A stretch of 64,000 bases of DNA from assembly GCA_963809895.1 (NCBI GenBank), contig CAWELD010000003.1, forward strand, positions 1,120,001 to 1,184,000, written 5' to 3'. The position numbers and the translations under genes are program-made. The notes below the pieces were generated by a model. It had not been told where the DNA came from and did no database searches. It saw only the letters and a program-made list of their open reading frames with translations. Origin of the DNA: an uncultured Gemmatimonadales bacterium (GTDB lineage: Bacteria; Gemmatimonadota; Gemmatimonadetes; Longimicrobiales; Gaopeijiaceae). Position 1 is the stretch's first letter; each line of letters begins with the position of its first letter. Of this stretch, positions 38,084 through 47,999 are shown piece after piece.

Positions 38084-39160
38084 TCAGACCGTCGACTCCT
38101 CCGATGCCTGGATCACGTGCAGGGTCTGGGTCGGGAAGGCGAACTCGATCCCCTCGTCGGTGAAGCGCTCGAGAAGCTCGAGGTTCACCGCCTGCTGGAC
38201 GTCCATGTACGCGGCGTAGTCCGGCACCGTCATGTAGTACACGGTCTCGTAGCTGAGCGAAGAGTCCGCGAAGCCCTTCAGGTGGCAACGGTCGAAGCGC
38301 GTGCGGTCCTGGGCTTCGATGGCGGCGCGCACCAGGTCCGGGATCCCGCGAAGCTGCGCCGGCGGGGTGTCGTAGGTGACGCCGAACCCGAACACGATCC
38401 TGCGCTCCGCCATGCGCTTGTAGTTCCGGATGCGGCTCGACAGCAGATCGGAGTTCGAGAAGACGAGCTGCTCGCCGGACAGCGACCGGATGCGCGTGGT
38501 CTTGAGCCCCACGTGCTCCACGGTGCCCTGCATGTCGCCGACCACGATGAAGTCGCCCAGGACGAAGGGCTTGTCCAGTACGATGGAGAGAGAGGCGAAC
38601 AGGTCGCCGAGTACGTTCTGGAGCGCCAGCGCCACCGCCACGCCGCCGATGCCCAGCGACGCCACGAACGCGGTGATATCGACCCCGAGGTTCGCCAGGG
38701 CGGTGAGGGTCAGGATGGACCACAGGGCCAGCTTGCCGATGAAGCCCATGGCCCCCACGGCCGTGGCCAGGCTCGGGTCGTGCTCCAGCTGCCTCTTTCG
38801 CCAACGCAGGGTGACGTAGTTGATCGCGCCCATGCCCCAGAAGCCGATCTGAAGCAGCAGCCCCACGACCAGGACGCCCCGAAGCACCTCGTCGGCACGC
38901 GTCGGTAGCGTCAGCGGCCGCGACGCCGCCCACGCCGCCACCAGGAGGATGGCCAGCGTCTTGGTCTTGGCCAGCAACTCCACCGCCAGGTCGTCGATGT
39001 CGTTGGCGGTGCCCTCGGCGAAGCGCTGGATGCGCTTGAGCGCCCAGCGGAAGGCCTGACGCAATCCCACGGTCACCAGAAGGACCATGGCCACGGAGAG
39101 CGCCCAGGCCTGAAGGGTGTTGCCGAGCCACTGGCGATTCAGCAAGACATCCCAGTTCAT
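38084..39160 (-). CDS. Small-conductance mechanosensitive channel family protein
   Basis: LGIGGVAVALALQNVLGDLFAS, DKPFVLGD, GLKTTRIRS, FAFPTQTL. Confidence 0.92.
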   Translation of the reverse strand: MNWDVLLNRQWLGNTLQAWALSVAMVLLVTVGLRQAFRWALKRIQRFAEGTANDIDDLAVELLAKTKTLAILLVAAWAASRPLTLPTRADEVLRGVLVVGLLLQIGFWGMGAINYVTLRWRKRQLEHDPSLATAVGAMGFIGKLALWSILTLTALANLGVDITAFVASLGIGGVAVALALQNVLGDLFASLSIVLDKPFVLGDFIVVGDMQGTVEHVGLKTTRIRSLSGEQLVFSNSDLLSSRIRNYKRMAERRIVFGFGVTYDTPPAQLRGIPDLVRAAIEAQDRTRFDRCHLKGFADSSLSYETVYYMTVPDYAAYMDVQQAVNLELLERFTDEGIEFAFPTQTLHVIQASEESTV

Positions 39161-39182
39161 CACCGTGCTCCCGCTGTGCGCG

Positions 39183-40217
39183 TCATTCGTCGGTGGTGGC
39201 GCCCAACGTCTCCCGGAGAAGCGCCGCGTCCTCTCTCGGATCGGAGACCGCGATCCCGGTGCCCGTCATGAGCTCGAATCCCGCGGTCCTGCTGAAGCGG
39301 GTGCGGATCTCCACGAAGGCGTGGAGCGCCGGGTCCTGCCCCAGCCCGTGATCATGGAAGAGCAGATTGTAGTGGGGATCTCCGGCGCCGTCGCGGAGCG
39401 CCCGCAGCAGATCCCGCAGCATGCGCGCCAGATCCTGGCGCTCCTGGTCGTCCAGGCGAGTCAGCGTCGACACGTGCCGTCGTGGCAAGATGCGCAGGTG
39501 ATAGGGATCCCCCGGAGCCCAGGGCACGAGCGCCGTCCACTCGTCGGTGCGCGCCACGACCCGCTCCTCGTGGTCCGGCTCCAGATCCCCGAGATCACAT
39601 ACCGCGCAGCTCCCCGTGCGCGCCCGATGGCGCCGTTGGGCCTCTGCCCTGGCCTCGACGGCCGGCGGCACACCGCGAACGGCCACGAGCTGCGCGTGGG
39701 GATGGGACTGCGACGACCCCGACTCACGCCCCCGGTTGCGGAAGAGGAACGCGCTGTGCCCGGGGCGTGCCAGCGCGGCCGACAGGCGTCCGAGGTAGAG
39801 GTCCATGACCGCGTCGGCTTCTTCGTCGGTGAAGTCCGGCCAGTCGTGGTCGTGGCGGGGCGTCTCCACCAACACCTCCTGCCAACCCACCGCGCGTCGC
39901 CCCTCGCTGTGCCCCTCGTGACCGTCGGGCGCGAAAGCGGGATAGCGATTTACCACCGCCCGGGTGCGCCAGCCGGCGGCGCCGGGACCGGGGGTCTCCT
40001 CGAGAATCGCGGGAATCTCCGACTCGTGTCCGGGGCAGAAGGGGCAACCTGCCGGCGACGGCCCATTCTCGCGCGCCGCGCGGCCACGGCGGCCCACCGC
40101 CATGGGCCGACCGCCTCGACGAGGCGCCACCACGTGCCACGTGCCCGTGAGGAGGTCCTGGCGCCATTCCCCGCCCGGGTAGTCCACGCCAGGCGCCGCT
40201 CCGTCGCGATCGGTCAT
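39183..40217 (-). CDS. galT: Galactose-1-phosphate uridylyltransferase family
   Basis: CPFCPGHE, NRYPA, GSSQSHPHAQ (HPH motif), AGFELMTG. Confidence 0.85.
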   Translation of the reverse strand: MTDRDGAAPGVDYPGGEWRQDLLTGTWHVVAPRRGGRPMAVGRRGRAARENGPSPAGCPFCPGHESEIPAILEETPGPGAAGWRTRAVVNRYPAFAPDGHEGHSEGRRAVGWQEVLVETPRHDHDWPDFTDEEADAVMDLYLGRLSAALARPGHSAFLFRNRGRESGSSQSHPHAQLVAVRGVPPAVEARAEAQRRHRARTGSCAVCDLGDLEPDHEERVVARTDEWTALVPWAPGDPYHLRILPRRHVSTLTRLDDQERQDLARMLRDLLRALRDGAGDPHYNLLFHDHGLGQDPALHAFVEIRTRFSRTAGFELMTGTGIAVSDPREDAALLRETLGATTDE

Positions 40218-40774
40218 TGGATCGCGTCCGGAACGTCGTGAGCCGAGGGGCTCCCTCCCGTGGCGCGCGATGCGCTCGCGCCCTCCGTCTCCAGGCGTTG
40301 CCGTCGCTCCTCTGCCCAGAAGGACAGGGCCAACAGGATCGCCCCACAGGTGATGGCCGAGTCGGCGACGTTGAAGATGGGGAAGTTCCAGAAGCCCAGA
40401 TCGAAGGGACCGATGAAATCAACGACGCCCCGGCTCCAGCGCAGCCGGTCGTAGAGATTGCCGAGGGCGCCCGAGATCACGAGAGAGAGGGCGATCAGCC
40501 GGAGCAGGTCGCTGCCCTTGGCCTGGCGCAGCAGGATCCCCAGGAGCACGAGCGCCACGAAGGTGATGGGCACGAAGAACCAGCGGGAGTCCTCACCGAG
40601 GCTCAGACCGAAGGCCGCGCCGCGATTGAAGGCCAGCGTGAGCGGCACCAGCCCGCCCAGCAGCTCCATACGCCGACCGTCTGCGAGTGCGCCCAGCGCC
40701 CAGCGTTTGGTGATGAAGTCCAGGACCATCACAATCGGAAAGATGATCCCGAAAACCGTGAGCTTCCTTCTCAA
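40214..40774 (-). CDS. lspA: Lipoprotein signal peptidase II
   Basis: DFITK, NRGAAFG, GALGNLYDR, VVDF, FNVADSAI. Confidence 0.95.
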   Translation of the reverse strand: MRRKLTVFGIIFPIVMVLDFITKRWALGALADGRRMELLGGLVPLTLAFNRGAAFGLSLGEDSRWFFVPITFVALVLLGILLRQAKGSDLLRLIALSLVISGALGNLYDRLRWSRGVVDFIGPFDLGFWNFPIFNVADSAITCGAILLALSFWAEERRQRLETEGASASRATGGSPSAHDVPDAIQ

Positions 40775-41025
40775 GACGGGGCCGCTCCGAGTCGCGGGGA
40801 CGTGCCCCGGAGACGAAGCACCGGGGACCTGAGGGAAAGTTCGGCAAAATCCGCGGGGAGTTCCAGGGTGGATGTTGCGCTCTCCCTTCGGACACAGCGG
40901 CACGGGCGGGGTCTTTTCGACCCATGGGCGACCTCGACGTCGTGCCGCCGGCCCCCGCCGCCCCTGCCCTGCACACGGCGGCTTCCGCCCATGCGCCTAG
41001 CTCGTGCAGCGCTCCGCGGCCAACG

Positions 41026-41040
41026 TGGCACGCTCCTTTC
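41026..41040 (+). promoter_or_regulatory. Possible sigma54 -24/-12 promoter
   Basis: TGGCACG-CTCC-TTTC versus consensus TGGCACG-N4-TTGC (one mismatch at -12); ~110 bp upstream of the Ig-repeat gene. Confidence 0.35.
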
Positions 41041-41147
41041 CACCGGCGGTAGGGGCGTCCGCGCGCCCCCGCGTCGGGGCTACGAGACCGCCTCCCCGGA
41101 TTCGGGCATCCCAATGCAGGCGCGAGTCATCGTCCGAGGAGGCTACC

Positions 41148-43982
41148 ATGCGCCCTGCAACGAGCAGGATCCTCCTGGCGGCTGCGACGGCGGCGGTCTT
41201 CGTCGCCGCCTGCGACTCCGATGGCGGAGTCGCCTCGCCCCAGGTCGAATTGCTCACTATCGCCTTGTCCGTTCCGCAGGCCGAACCGACGGCCAACCGG
41301 TCCTTCCAGATCGTGGCGAGGGTCACCAACGCACGGGGCGAGGTGCACGCCGTGCCTCTGGTCTGGGACAGCGATGCGCCGGACATCGCGAGCGTGGACC
41401 GGAATGGGACGGTCTGGACCCATCGGGCCGGCCTGGCGCGGATCTCGGCGTCGCTGGATGACGTCGCCGATCACTCCGCTCCGGTGGCGGTGGCGACCCT
41501 CCGGGTGGTGGACGAGGTGGCCTTCGTCGAGATCATCGGGCCGGCGTCCACCACCCTGAGGCGCGGCGAGACGATCGAGCTTCAGGCTCGGGCACGGAGT
41601 GGAGACGGCACCCTACTCGAGCGAGAGGTGATCTGGACGAGCAGCGATCCCGGTGTAGCCACAGTGGCTGCGGACGGGACGGTGACGGCAATGTCGGCGG
41701 GGCTCGTGCTGGTGAGCGCACAGGCGGAACGCCGTATCGCGAGCCTGACCCTGAGGATCCTGGAGCCCGTGGCCTCGGTCCTGGTCACCCCGGGAGAGCA
41801 ACTACTCGGCCTGGGGCAGGAGGTGCGCCTCGCGGTCACCCTGCGGTGTGAAGCCGGCACGCCCCTGGTGGACCGCACCGTGACCTGGGTCAGCGATGCG
41901 CCCTCGGTGGTGGTCGTCACGGCCGACGGGCGAATCGTCGGTGTCGGAGAGGGTACTGCCGTGGTCACCGCCACCGCGGAGGGCGTGTCGGGAGTGGCCC
42001 TCGTGACGGTGAAGGCCGACGTGGGATCCATCCGGATCACCCCTGCCGCAGCGACCCTGGCACCGGGACGCATGCTCACCCTGTCCGCGAACGTGCAGGA
42101 TGCCGATGGGGCGGTCCTGCAGCGGGCGGTGAGTTGGGCCAGCTCGGACACCGCCGTGGCCCAGGTCCAGGCCGGCACCGTTCTGGCTCGACGGGATGGT
42201 GTCGCCACGATCACGGCTGCCGCCGAAGGGGTCGTGGGGTCCGCGCAGGTCACCGTCGTCGACCCGAATGTGCGCATCGAGATCCCCACGGGGCCCCTCG
42301 TCGTCGAGGAGGGTGGATCGCTCGCGTTGGAGGTAGTGGTCACCGACTCCGAAGGTCGCGTTGTCCAGCGCGCAGTCACGTGGTCGGTCGACGACGTCGA
42401 CGTGGCCACGGTGGTGGAGGGCGTGCTGCGCGGTCACAAGCCAGGCGCCACCGTCCTGGAGGCCCGGGTGGACGACCACGTGGCCCGGGTCGGTGTGGAG
42501 GTGGTGCCTCCGAGAGTGGCCCGCATCACGGTGACCCCCAGCGCCGCGACGCTCGCCGTCGGTGAGACGGTGAGCCTGCGCGCGGTGGCCGTGGACACCC
42601 GCGGGAGGGCCGTCTCGGGTCCCATCGTGTGGCGAAGCGCGAACGAGGACGTCGTCCGGATCGACGACACGGGCATGGCCACGGCGGTCGGGGGAGGCTC
42701 GACCCAGATCCGAGCGCAGTCCGGGCTCTACGTGGGCACGGCGATCATCAACGTGCTGGGTGCTGGCCCGGTGGATCACATCACCATCACCCGCACGGCC
42801 CAGGAGGACGCAGAACCGATTCGGGCGGGGACGACGGAGCAGCTGGTGGCCACCGCCTATGACGTTGATGCCAAAGCAATTCCAGGCGTCCAGTTCACGT
42901 GGAGCAGTAATGCCCCGTCGGTGGCTACCGTGGACGGCGACGGCCTCGTCACCGGCGTGTCCACGGGTACGGTGAGAATCACCGCGTCGGGACGGGCCAC
43001 GTCGGCCAGCATCGAGTTGCGCGTGGTGGGGAGTGGATCGGGCGGCGGAGGTGGTGGAGAGGGAGGACTGGGCAACAACCTGTCCACGCCGCTGATCTTC
43101 GCGGAAGGCGTGGGAGTGACCGGACTGCCCGTGGACGAGGATACCGGCCTGAGACCCACCGAGAGCGAAGCCATCGACGTCACCGTGAACCCCTTCTGGT
43201 TCGACGGCAATGAGCCGGATTGCGGGTATACGAACACCACCTACTACTGCCAGCAGAGCGAGAACACGTGGCGCGCGGGGTGGCAGGTTGCGCTCGCTGG
43301 AGAACCCCGCAGCGCGGTCGTCCAGTGGGGCGACAATCTGACGCACCACGCGTTCAACACCCATACGCCGCTGCGCGTCGAAGTTCGTCTCTACGATCGC
43401 AACGCCACCATGTCGGGGTTCTCGATGCCGTATGCCGTCGGGAGTGGACCCGACGAGATGCAGGGCACCGACGGCACGCTGATCGACCTCCAGCCCACGA
43501 TCTTCGCCGTCACGCCCCGCCTGGTCATCCAGAAGCTGGAGAATTACGACGAGGCCACCGGCGAGGGCGACGTGGTGGCCACGATCTACGACGCCGCCAT
43601 CTGGCAGACCCTGGGCGAGGACGGTCCGGGACGCTTCGGTGCCGAGGTCAACGTGGGCGGTACCCTCATCTACGGGTATCTGCTCTTCATCCGCGACCTG
43701 GTGCTGCCGGCAGATGTCCACAAGTACGGCTGGTGGCGTCTCATCGTCCAGCTGGACGACCAGGGCACCGTCGGCGGGGTGAGTTACCTCCGCAACCTGT
43801 CGCTGGACGACCTGCTCGTCGCCGATGAGAGCGAAGACGGTGAAGCCCTGCTCTTCACCCCGAAGCTGGATTCGGCGGCCTCCGCGACCTGGCTGGACAT
43901 CTGGGTCGAGTCCGCCAGTGGCGGTGGTGGTGGTGGTGGTGGCCATTCCGGCGACGGAACCGGGGAGCACAGCGGCGGCTGA
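41148..43982 (+). CDS. Large lipoprotein, about 7 Big_2 (Ig-like) repeats + unrecognised ~290-aa C-terminal domain
   Basis: Lipobox VAAC; repeated W-x-S-S-D-x-x-V-A-T-V-x-x-x-G-x-V; Gly linker then GNNLS domain. Confidence 0.85.
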   Translation: MRPATSRILLAAATAAVFVAACDSDGGVASPQVELLTIALSVPQAEPTANRSFQIVARVTNARGEVHAVPLVWDSDAPDIASVDRNGTVWTHRAGLARISASLDDVADHSAPVAVATLRVVDEVAFVEIIGPASTTLRRGETIELQARARSGDGTLLEREVIWTSSDPGVATVAADGTVTAMSAGLVLVSAQAERRIASLTLRILEPVASVLVTPGEQLLGLGQEVRLAVTLRCEAGTPLVDRTVTWVSDAPSVVVVTADGRIVGVGEGTAVVTATAEGVSGVALVTVKADVGSIRITPAAATLAPGRMLTLSANVQDADGAVLQRAVSWASSDTAVAQVQAGTVLARRDGVATITAAAEGVVGSAQVTVVDPNVRIEIPTGPLVVEEGGSLALEVVVTDSEGRVVQRAVTWSVDDVDVATVVEGVLRGHKPGATVLEARVDDHVARVGVEVVPPRVARITVTPSAATLAVGETVSLRAVAVDTRGRAVSGPIVWRSANEDVVRIDDTGMATAVGGGSTQIRAQSGLYVGTAIINVLGAGPVDHITITRTAQEDAEPIRAGTTEQLVATAYDVDAKAIPGVQFTWSSNAPSVATVDGDGLVTGVSTGTVRITASGRATSASIELRVVGSGSGGGGGGEGGLGNNLSTPLIFAEGVGVTGLPVDEDTGLRPTESEAIDVTVNPFWFDGNEPDCGYTNTTYYCQQSENTWRAGWQVALAGEPRSAVVQWGDNLTHHAFNTHTPLRVEVRLYDRNATMSGFSMPYAVGSGPDEMQGTDGTLIDLQPTIFAVTPRLVIQKLENYDEATGEGDVVATIYDAAIWQTLGEDGPGRFGAEVNVGGTLIYGYLLFIRDLVLPADVHKYGWWRLIVQLDDQGTVGGVSYLRNLSLDDLLVADESEDGEALLFTPKLDSAASATWLDIWVESASGGGGGGGGHSGDGTGEHSGG

Positions 43983-44022
43983 CACTCGGCACCTCGGGTC
44001 ATGGCGCCCGAGAGCGGGTCCG

Positions 44023-44052
44023 CGGGGGGCGGCGTACCGACGCCGCCCCCCG
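44023..44052 (+). terminator. Hairpin after the first Ig-repeat gene
   Basis: CGGGGGGCGGCGT-ACCG-ACGCCGCCCCCCG. Confidence 0.55.
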
Positions 44053-44328
44053 TTGTCATTCCGACCCATCACCCACCCATGGCCGGCCCGCCGTGGGACA
44101 GCTTGTCACATGCCGCCGACGGAGCGCTCCCCATGAGAGGGCAGTCCGGCGGGTGTGCACCAGGCTTGTGGCGGCGTGCCTTGCTTGCCGCGGGTGCGAC
44201 AAATGCCGGATGCCCTACTCGGGCTGGGCGGCACGCCTCTCGCCACCCCTGAATCCCGCGACCCCCGGGCACCTCGGAGCGAGACTGTCCGGCGGGGCAC
44301 CCATGAGAAGATCTCGGGAGGAGGGATC

Positions 44329-47316
44329 ATGAACACGCAGATTCGAACGCGTCCGAGCCCCAGGGCCTCGCCGACCGTAGCCGCGATGCGATGGGCGGTG
44401 ATTGCCGCTCTGGGTCTCGCCGCGGGCCTGGGCTGCAGCGATGACTCCAAGCCCGTCCAGCCCGTGCACGAGCATACCGTGGCCACCGTCTCGGTGGCGC
44501 CCAGCGCGCTCACCCTGAAGACGGGGCAGACGACCTTGCTCTCCGCCACGGCCCGCTGTGGGTGCGGCGCCCTGGTCGAGTCCACCGTCTCATGGACGAG
44601 CAACGCACCCTCCGTGGCCTCCGTGGACGAAGCCGGCACGGTCACCGGTATCGGGTTCGGGAGCGCGGTCATCACGGCCACCGCGGAAGGTGTCAGTGCC
44701 ACGAGCTTCCTGACCGTGGAGCCGCTCGGAACCATCGTCGGGCCGTCCGGCGGCACCATCGTGTCCACCGACGGCAACGCGGTATTGGAGATCCCGGCTG
44801 GAGCCTTGTCGGCGGCCACCGACATCACCGTCGTAAAGGTGGACGACGGCATGTTCGCGGACGATCCGTTCTACGTTGCCGGCACGGCGTATCAGCTCGG
44901 CCCGAACGGACTCCTGCTGCAGGAGCGGGCGCATCTGCGCATCCGCTTCGATCCCGATCAGGTGCCGGACGGCGCGCTGCACGAGCGGCTGCGCATCCGG
45001 GAGCGTGACCAGGACCAGAACCAGTGGCGCGAGACGCAGCAGAACCAGCTTCGCGCCCAGGAACACGTCGTGGAGGGCGACATACAGCGCCTGAGGATCC
45101 ACGCAGTGGTCGCGTTGGACCCGGTGGGAATCCCGGTGGCCACCGTGGAGGTGACGCCTCCGGAGTCCTCCATCGGGATGGGCGAGACGGTACAGCTCTC
45201 CGCCGCCATCCTGGACGAGCAGGGACTGCCCCTGGTGCGGAACGTCCACTGGAGCACCAGTGACGGCGCGGTGGCCACCGTGGACGGCGACGGGCTCGTC
45301 ACCGCCACCGGGTACGGCACCGCCGTGATCACGGCCGCGGCCGGCGGGCGAAGCGGCGACGCGACGGTGTCGGTGGTCGCCACGGGTACCCTCGTCGGAC
45401 CGGCCGGAGGAACCGTTGCCTCACCCGACGGCATGCTGGTGCTGGAGATCCCTGAAGGGGCCCTCGACGAGACCGTGGATGTCGTCGTGGAACGCCTGCA
45501 GGACGCCCTCTTCGTCGGCAATCCGCTGTACGTGACCGGCACCGCGTGGAATCTCGAGCCCGATCGGCTGCAACTGCGGGAGCGCGCTACCCTGCGCATC
45601 CACTACGACCCCAGCAACGTTCCGGCAGGCGTGAGCCACGATCGGCTCCGGCTCCGCGTCCGGGATCAGGATCAGAACCTGTGGCGCGCCATGGAGCGAC
45701 ATCGCCTCCGACTACAGGAACATGCGGTCGAGGCCGATATCGAGCACTTCTCCATGTACGCGGTGATCGCCGAGTCCGAGGAAGTACCGCCGCCGGTGGC
45801 GCTGGTTACGGTAAGCCCAGCCGTGGTGGAGCTGGACCCGGGCGAGACACTCCAGATGACCGCGTACGTCTACGACGCAGACGGGAACCTGCTGGACACG
45901 TCCGTGACGTGGTCCAGCGAGGACCCGTCCATCGCGACGGTGGATGGCAACGGTCTGGTCACCGGCGTGGCCGAGGGGAGCACGACCATCTCGGCCGCCG
46001 CGGGCGAGAAGAAGGGTCAGGGCTCGGTGAACGTCGGCTCCGGCGGACCTCCTCCCGCGTCGGTGACGGTGACCCCCGCCACGGCCTCGGTGCCGGTGGG
46101 CGGCAGCGTGCAGCTCTCCGCCGAGGTGCTGGACGACGACGGCAACGTCCTGGACGTGACCGTGACGTGGTCCAGCAGCAGCACCGGTGTTGCCACGGTG
46201 AGCTCCAGCGGCCTGGTCTCCGGCACGGCGCTCGGCGACGCCACGATCACCGCCAGGGTGAAGAACGTCTCGGGCACCGCATATGTCACGGTGGTGCCTC
46301 CCGTGTCGTCGGTGGTCATCGACGAGATCGGAAACGAGCCCCTGGAGGTGGGCCTGACGGTGCAGCTCAACGCCACGGCCTACGACCTCGGTGGACTCCC
46401 CGTGGACGCCGACATCGCGTGGAGCAGCAGCGATGAGGGAATCGCTACCGTGGATCAGGACGGCCTGGTGACCGGCCGTGGCCGCGGCACCGCCACCATC
46501 ACGGCGGCCGTAGGGACGGCGAGCGACGCGGTGAGCGTGAGGGTTGTCGGCGAGTCCACGGAGGGGTACGGCAACAACCTGTCCTGGCCCGTGATCTTTG
46601 CTGACGGGATCGGCATCACCGGCGTTGCGGTGACCGACGATCCGGGCATCCGTCCCCTGGCCACCGAGGAAGCGGTGGTCGACGCCCTGCCCTTCTTCTG
46701 GGAGGGCAACGTCCCGAACTACGCCGGCGTGTACTACGAGCAGCAGAGCTCGAACACCTGGGCAGCAGTCTGGGAGGACGGTACCGGACAACCGGAGTAC
46801 GAAACCCAGATCTACTGGGGTGACAACCTCACCCATCAGACCTGGAGCGCGTCCCGGCCCATCCGCGTGGAGCAGGCGCTCTACGCCACCGCCATCGGCA
46901 CCCGCACGGGCTACAGCATGACGTACCTGTACGGGGAGGGTCCCGAGGAGATGCAGGGGACCGACGGAAGCACCGCCGAGTTCATCCCCCTGATCTACAC
47001 CGTGGGACCGCAGCTCATCGTGGAGAAGCTCAGCGGAGCCGGTGGCTCGGTGGTCGCTACCGTCGTCGACGAGGCCGCCGGCAGCGAAGTGAACGTCGGC
47101 GGACGTGTCATCTACGGTTACAACCTCCAACTGAAGAACTGGACACCGCCCTCAGGGGTCACCAAGGACGGCTGGTATCGGCTCACGTTCGCCATCGCCA
47201 ACGGAGCCAACGTGGCCCTTTCCTCGGTGGGGAACGAAGGCGACGATCTCCTCTACCTGCCCGAGGTGAACGCGCAGAGGAACCTGAGCACGCTGGAGAT
47301 CTACATCGAGCCGTAG
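44329..47316 (+). CDS. Large lipoprotein: 5 Big_2 repeats, 2 ZU5-like domains, same unrecognised C-terminal domain
   Basis: GGAGG RBS; lipobox GLGC; two GPxGGT...LEIPxGAL...L-x-P modules; GNNLSWPVIFADG domain. Confidence 0.85.
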   Translation: MNTQIRTRPSPRASPTVAAMRWAVIAALGLAAGLGCSDDSKPVQPVHEHTVATVSVAPSALTLKTGQTTLLSATARCGCGALVESTVSWTSNAPSVASVDEAGTVTGIGFGSAVITATAEGVSATSFLTVEPLGTIVGPSGGTIVSTDGNAVLEIPAGALSAATDITVVKVDDGMFADDPFYVAGTAYQLGPNGLLLQERAHLRIRFDPDQVPDGALHERLRIRERDQDQNQWRETQQNQLRAQEHVVEGDIQRLRIHAVVALDPVGIPVATVEVTPPESSIGMGETVQLSAAILDEQGLPLVRNVHWSTSDGAVATVDGDGLVTATGYGTAVITAAAGGRSGDATVSVVATGTLVGPAGGTVASPDGMLVLEIPEGALDETVDVVVERLQDALFVGNPLYVTGTAWNLEPDRLQLRERATLRIHYDPSNVPAGVSHDRLRLRVRDQDQNLWRAMERHRLRLQEHAVEADIEHFSMYAVIAESEEVPPPVALVTVSPAVVELDPGETLQMTAYVYDADGNLLDTSVTWSSEDPSIATVDGNGLVTGVAEGSTTISAAAGEKKGQGSVNVGSGGPPPASVTVTPATASVPVGGSVQLSAEVLDDDGNVLDVTVTWSSSSTGVATVSSSGLVSGTALGDATITARVKNVSGTAYVTVVPPVSSVVIDEIGNEPLEVGLTVQLNATAYDLGGLPVDADIAWSSSDEGIATVDQDGLVTGRGRGTATITAAVGTASDAVSVRVVGESTEGYGNNLSWPVIFADGIGITGVAVTDDPGIRPLATEEAVVDALPFFWEGNVPNYAGVYYEQQSSNTWAAVWEDGTGQPEYETQIYWGDNLTHQTWSASRPIRVEQALYATAIGTRTGYSMTYLYGEGPEEMQGTDGSTAEFIPLIYTVGPQLIVEKLSGAGGSVVATVVDEAAGSEVNVGGRVIYGYNLQLKNWTPPSGVTKDGWYRLTFAIANGANVALSSVGNEGDDLLYLPEVNAQRNLSTLEIYIEP

Positions 47317-47383
47317 ACTCCACGCGCCGCTCGCCATGACTTCAACGCCGGCCCGGGCACGCCCCGGGCCGGCTTCTCACGGG

Positions 47384-47839
47384 TCAGAAGCGCTCGCCCT
47401 TCGCTTCACGGATATGAGAGCCCACGGGGCGGATGCGCGTCCACATCCCCCAGAAGTAGGTGAGGATGGCCAGCACCTGCGATGTTCCCGCGGCGAGAAT
47501 CGCCCAGCGCAGCCAAGGCCACACGACGAAGGAGCGCGCAACCTCGCCCCCCACTCGCGCGGCGGTCGCCACTGCGAGGGTCCAGTACACCGCCGCCATC
47601 AGCCGGGGATCGTAGCGGGTGTCTCCCTTCTCGGCCCTGGGAAAGAGCCACAACGCCACGCCCAGGATCAGGAACATGACGAAACCGACCAGGATGGCGT
47701 GCGTGTGCGCGGAGCGCATGTAGGGCCCAGCGAACACCCCGTTGACCTCTCGCCGGTAGAGCATGACGAGTCCCAGTATCAGCCCGACGCCCAGGAACCC
47801 GATCCCCGTCTTGATGAAACGGCGTACCAACGTGTACAA
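47384..47839 (-). CDS. 4-TM membrane protein, heme-copper-oxidase subunit-I-like / NnrS-like fragment family
   Basis: RRFIKTG, SAHTHAILVGF, GVALWLFPR. Confidence 0.65.
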   Translation of the reverse strand: MYTLVRRFIKTGIGFLGVGLILGLVMLYRREVNGVFAGPYMRSAHTHAILVGFVMFLILGVALWLFPRAEKGDTRYDPRLMAAVYWTLAVATAARVGGEVARSFVVWPWLRWAILAAGTSQVLAILTYFWGMWTRIRPVGSHIREAKGERF

Positions 47840-47999
47840 CGCTCACCTCCGTCCTCGCCGGAGCACGGCCCGAGACTGGCGCTCACCGGCGTTCTCTTAT
47901 TGATTTCCGGGACCGTGACGGCCCCCTCCGACCATCCCGTCGACGGTGACGCACCATCCCACCTCGGTCAACCACGGATTCCAAGCCGGAGGCTTCCAG

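Noticed and set aside
43918..43943. GGT trinucleotide run as a contingency repeat
   Set aside because: Encodes an in-frame poly-Gly tail; length change would not switch phase
44160..44190. Sigma54 promoter upstream of the second Ig-repeat gene (TGGCGGCGTGCCTTGC)
   Set aside because: GG-to-GC spacing is 11 nt rather than the required 10
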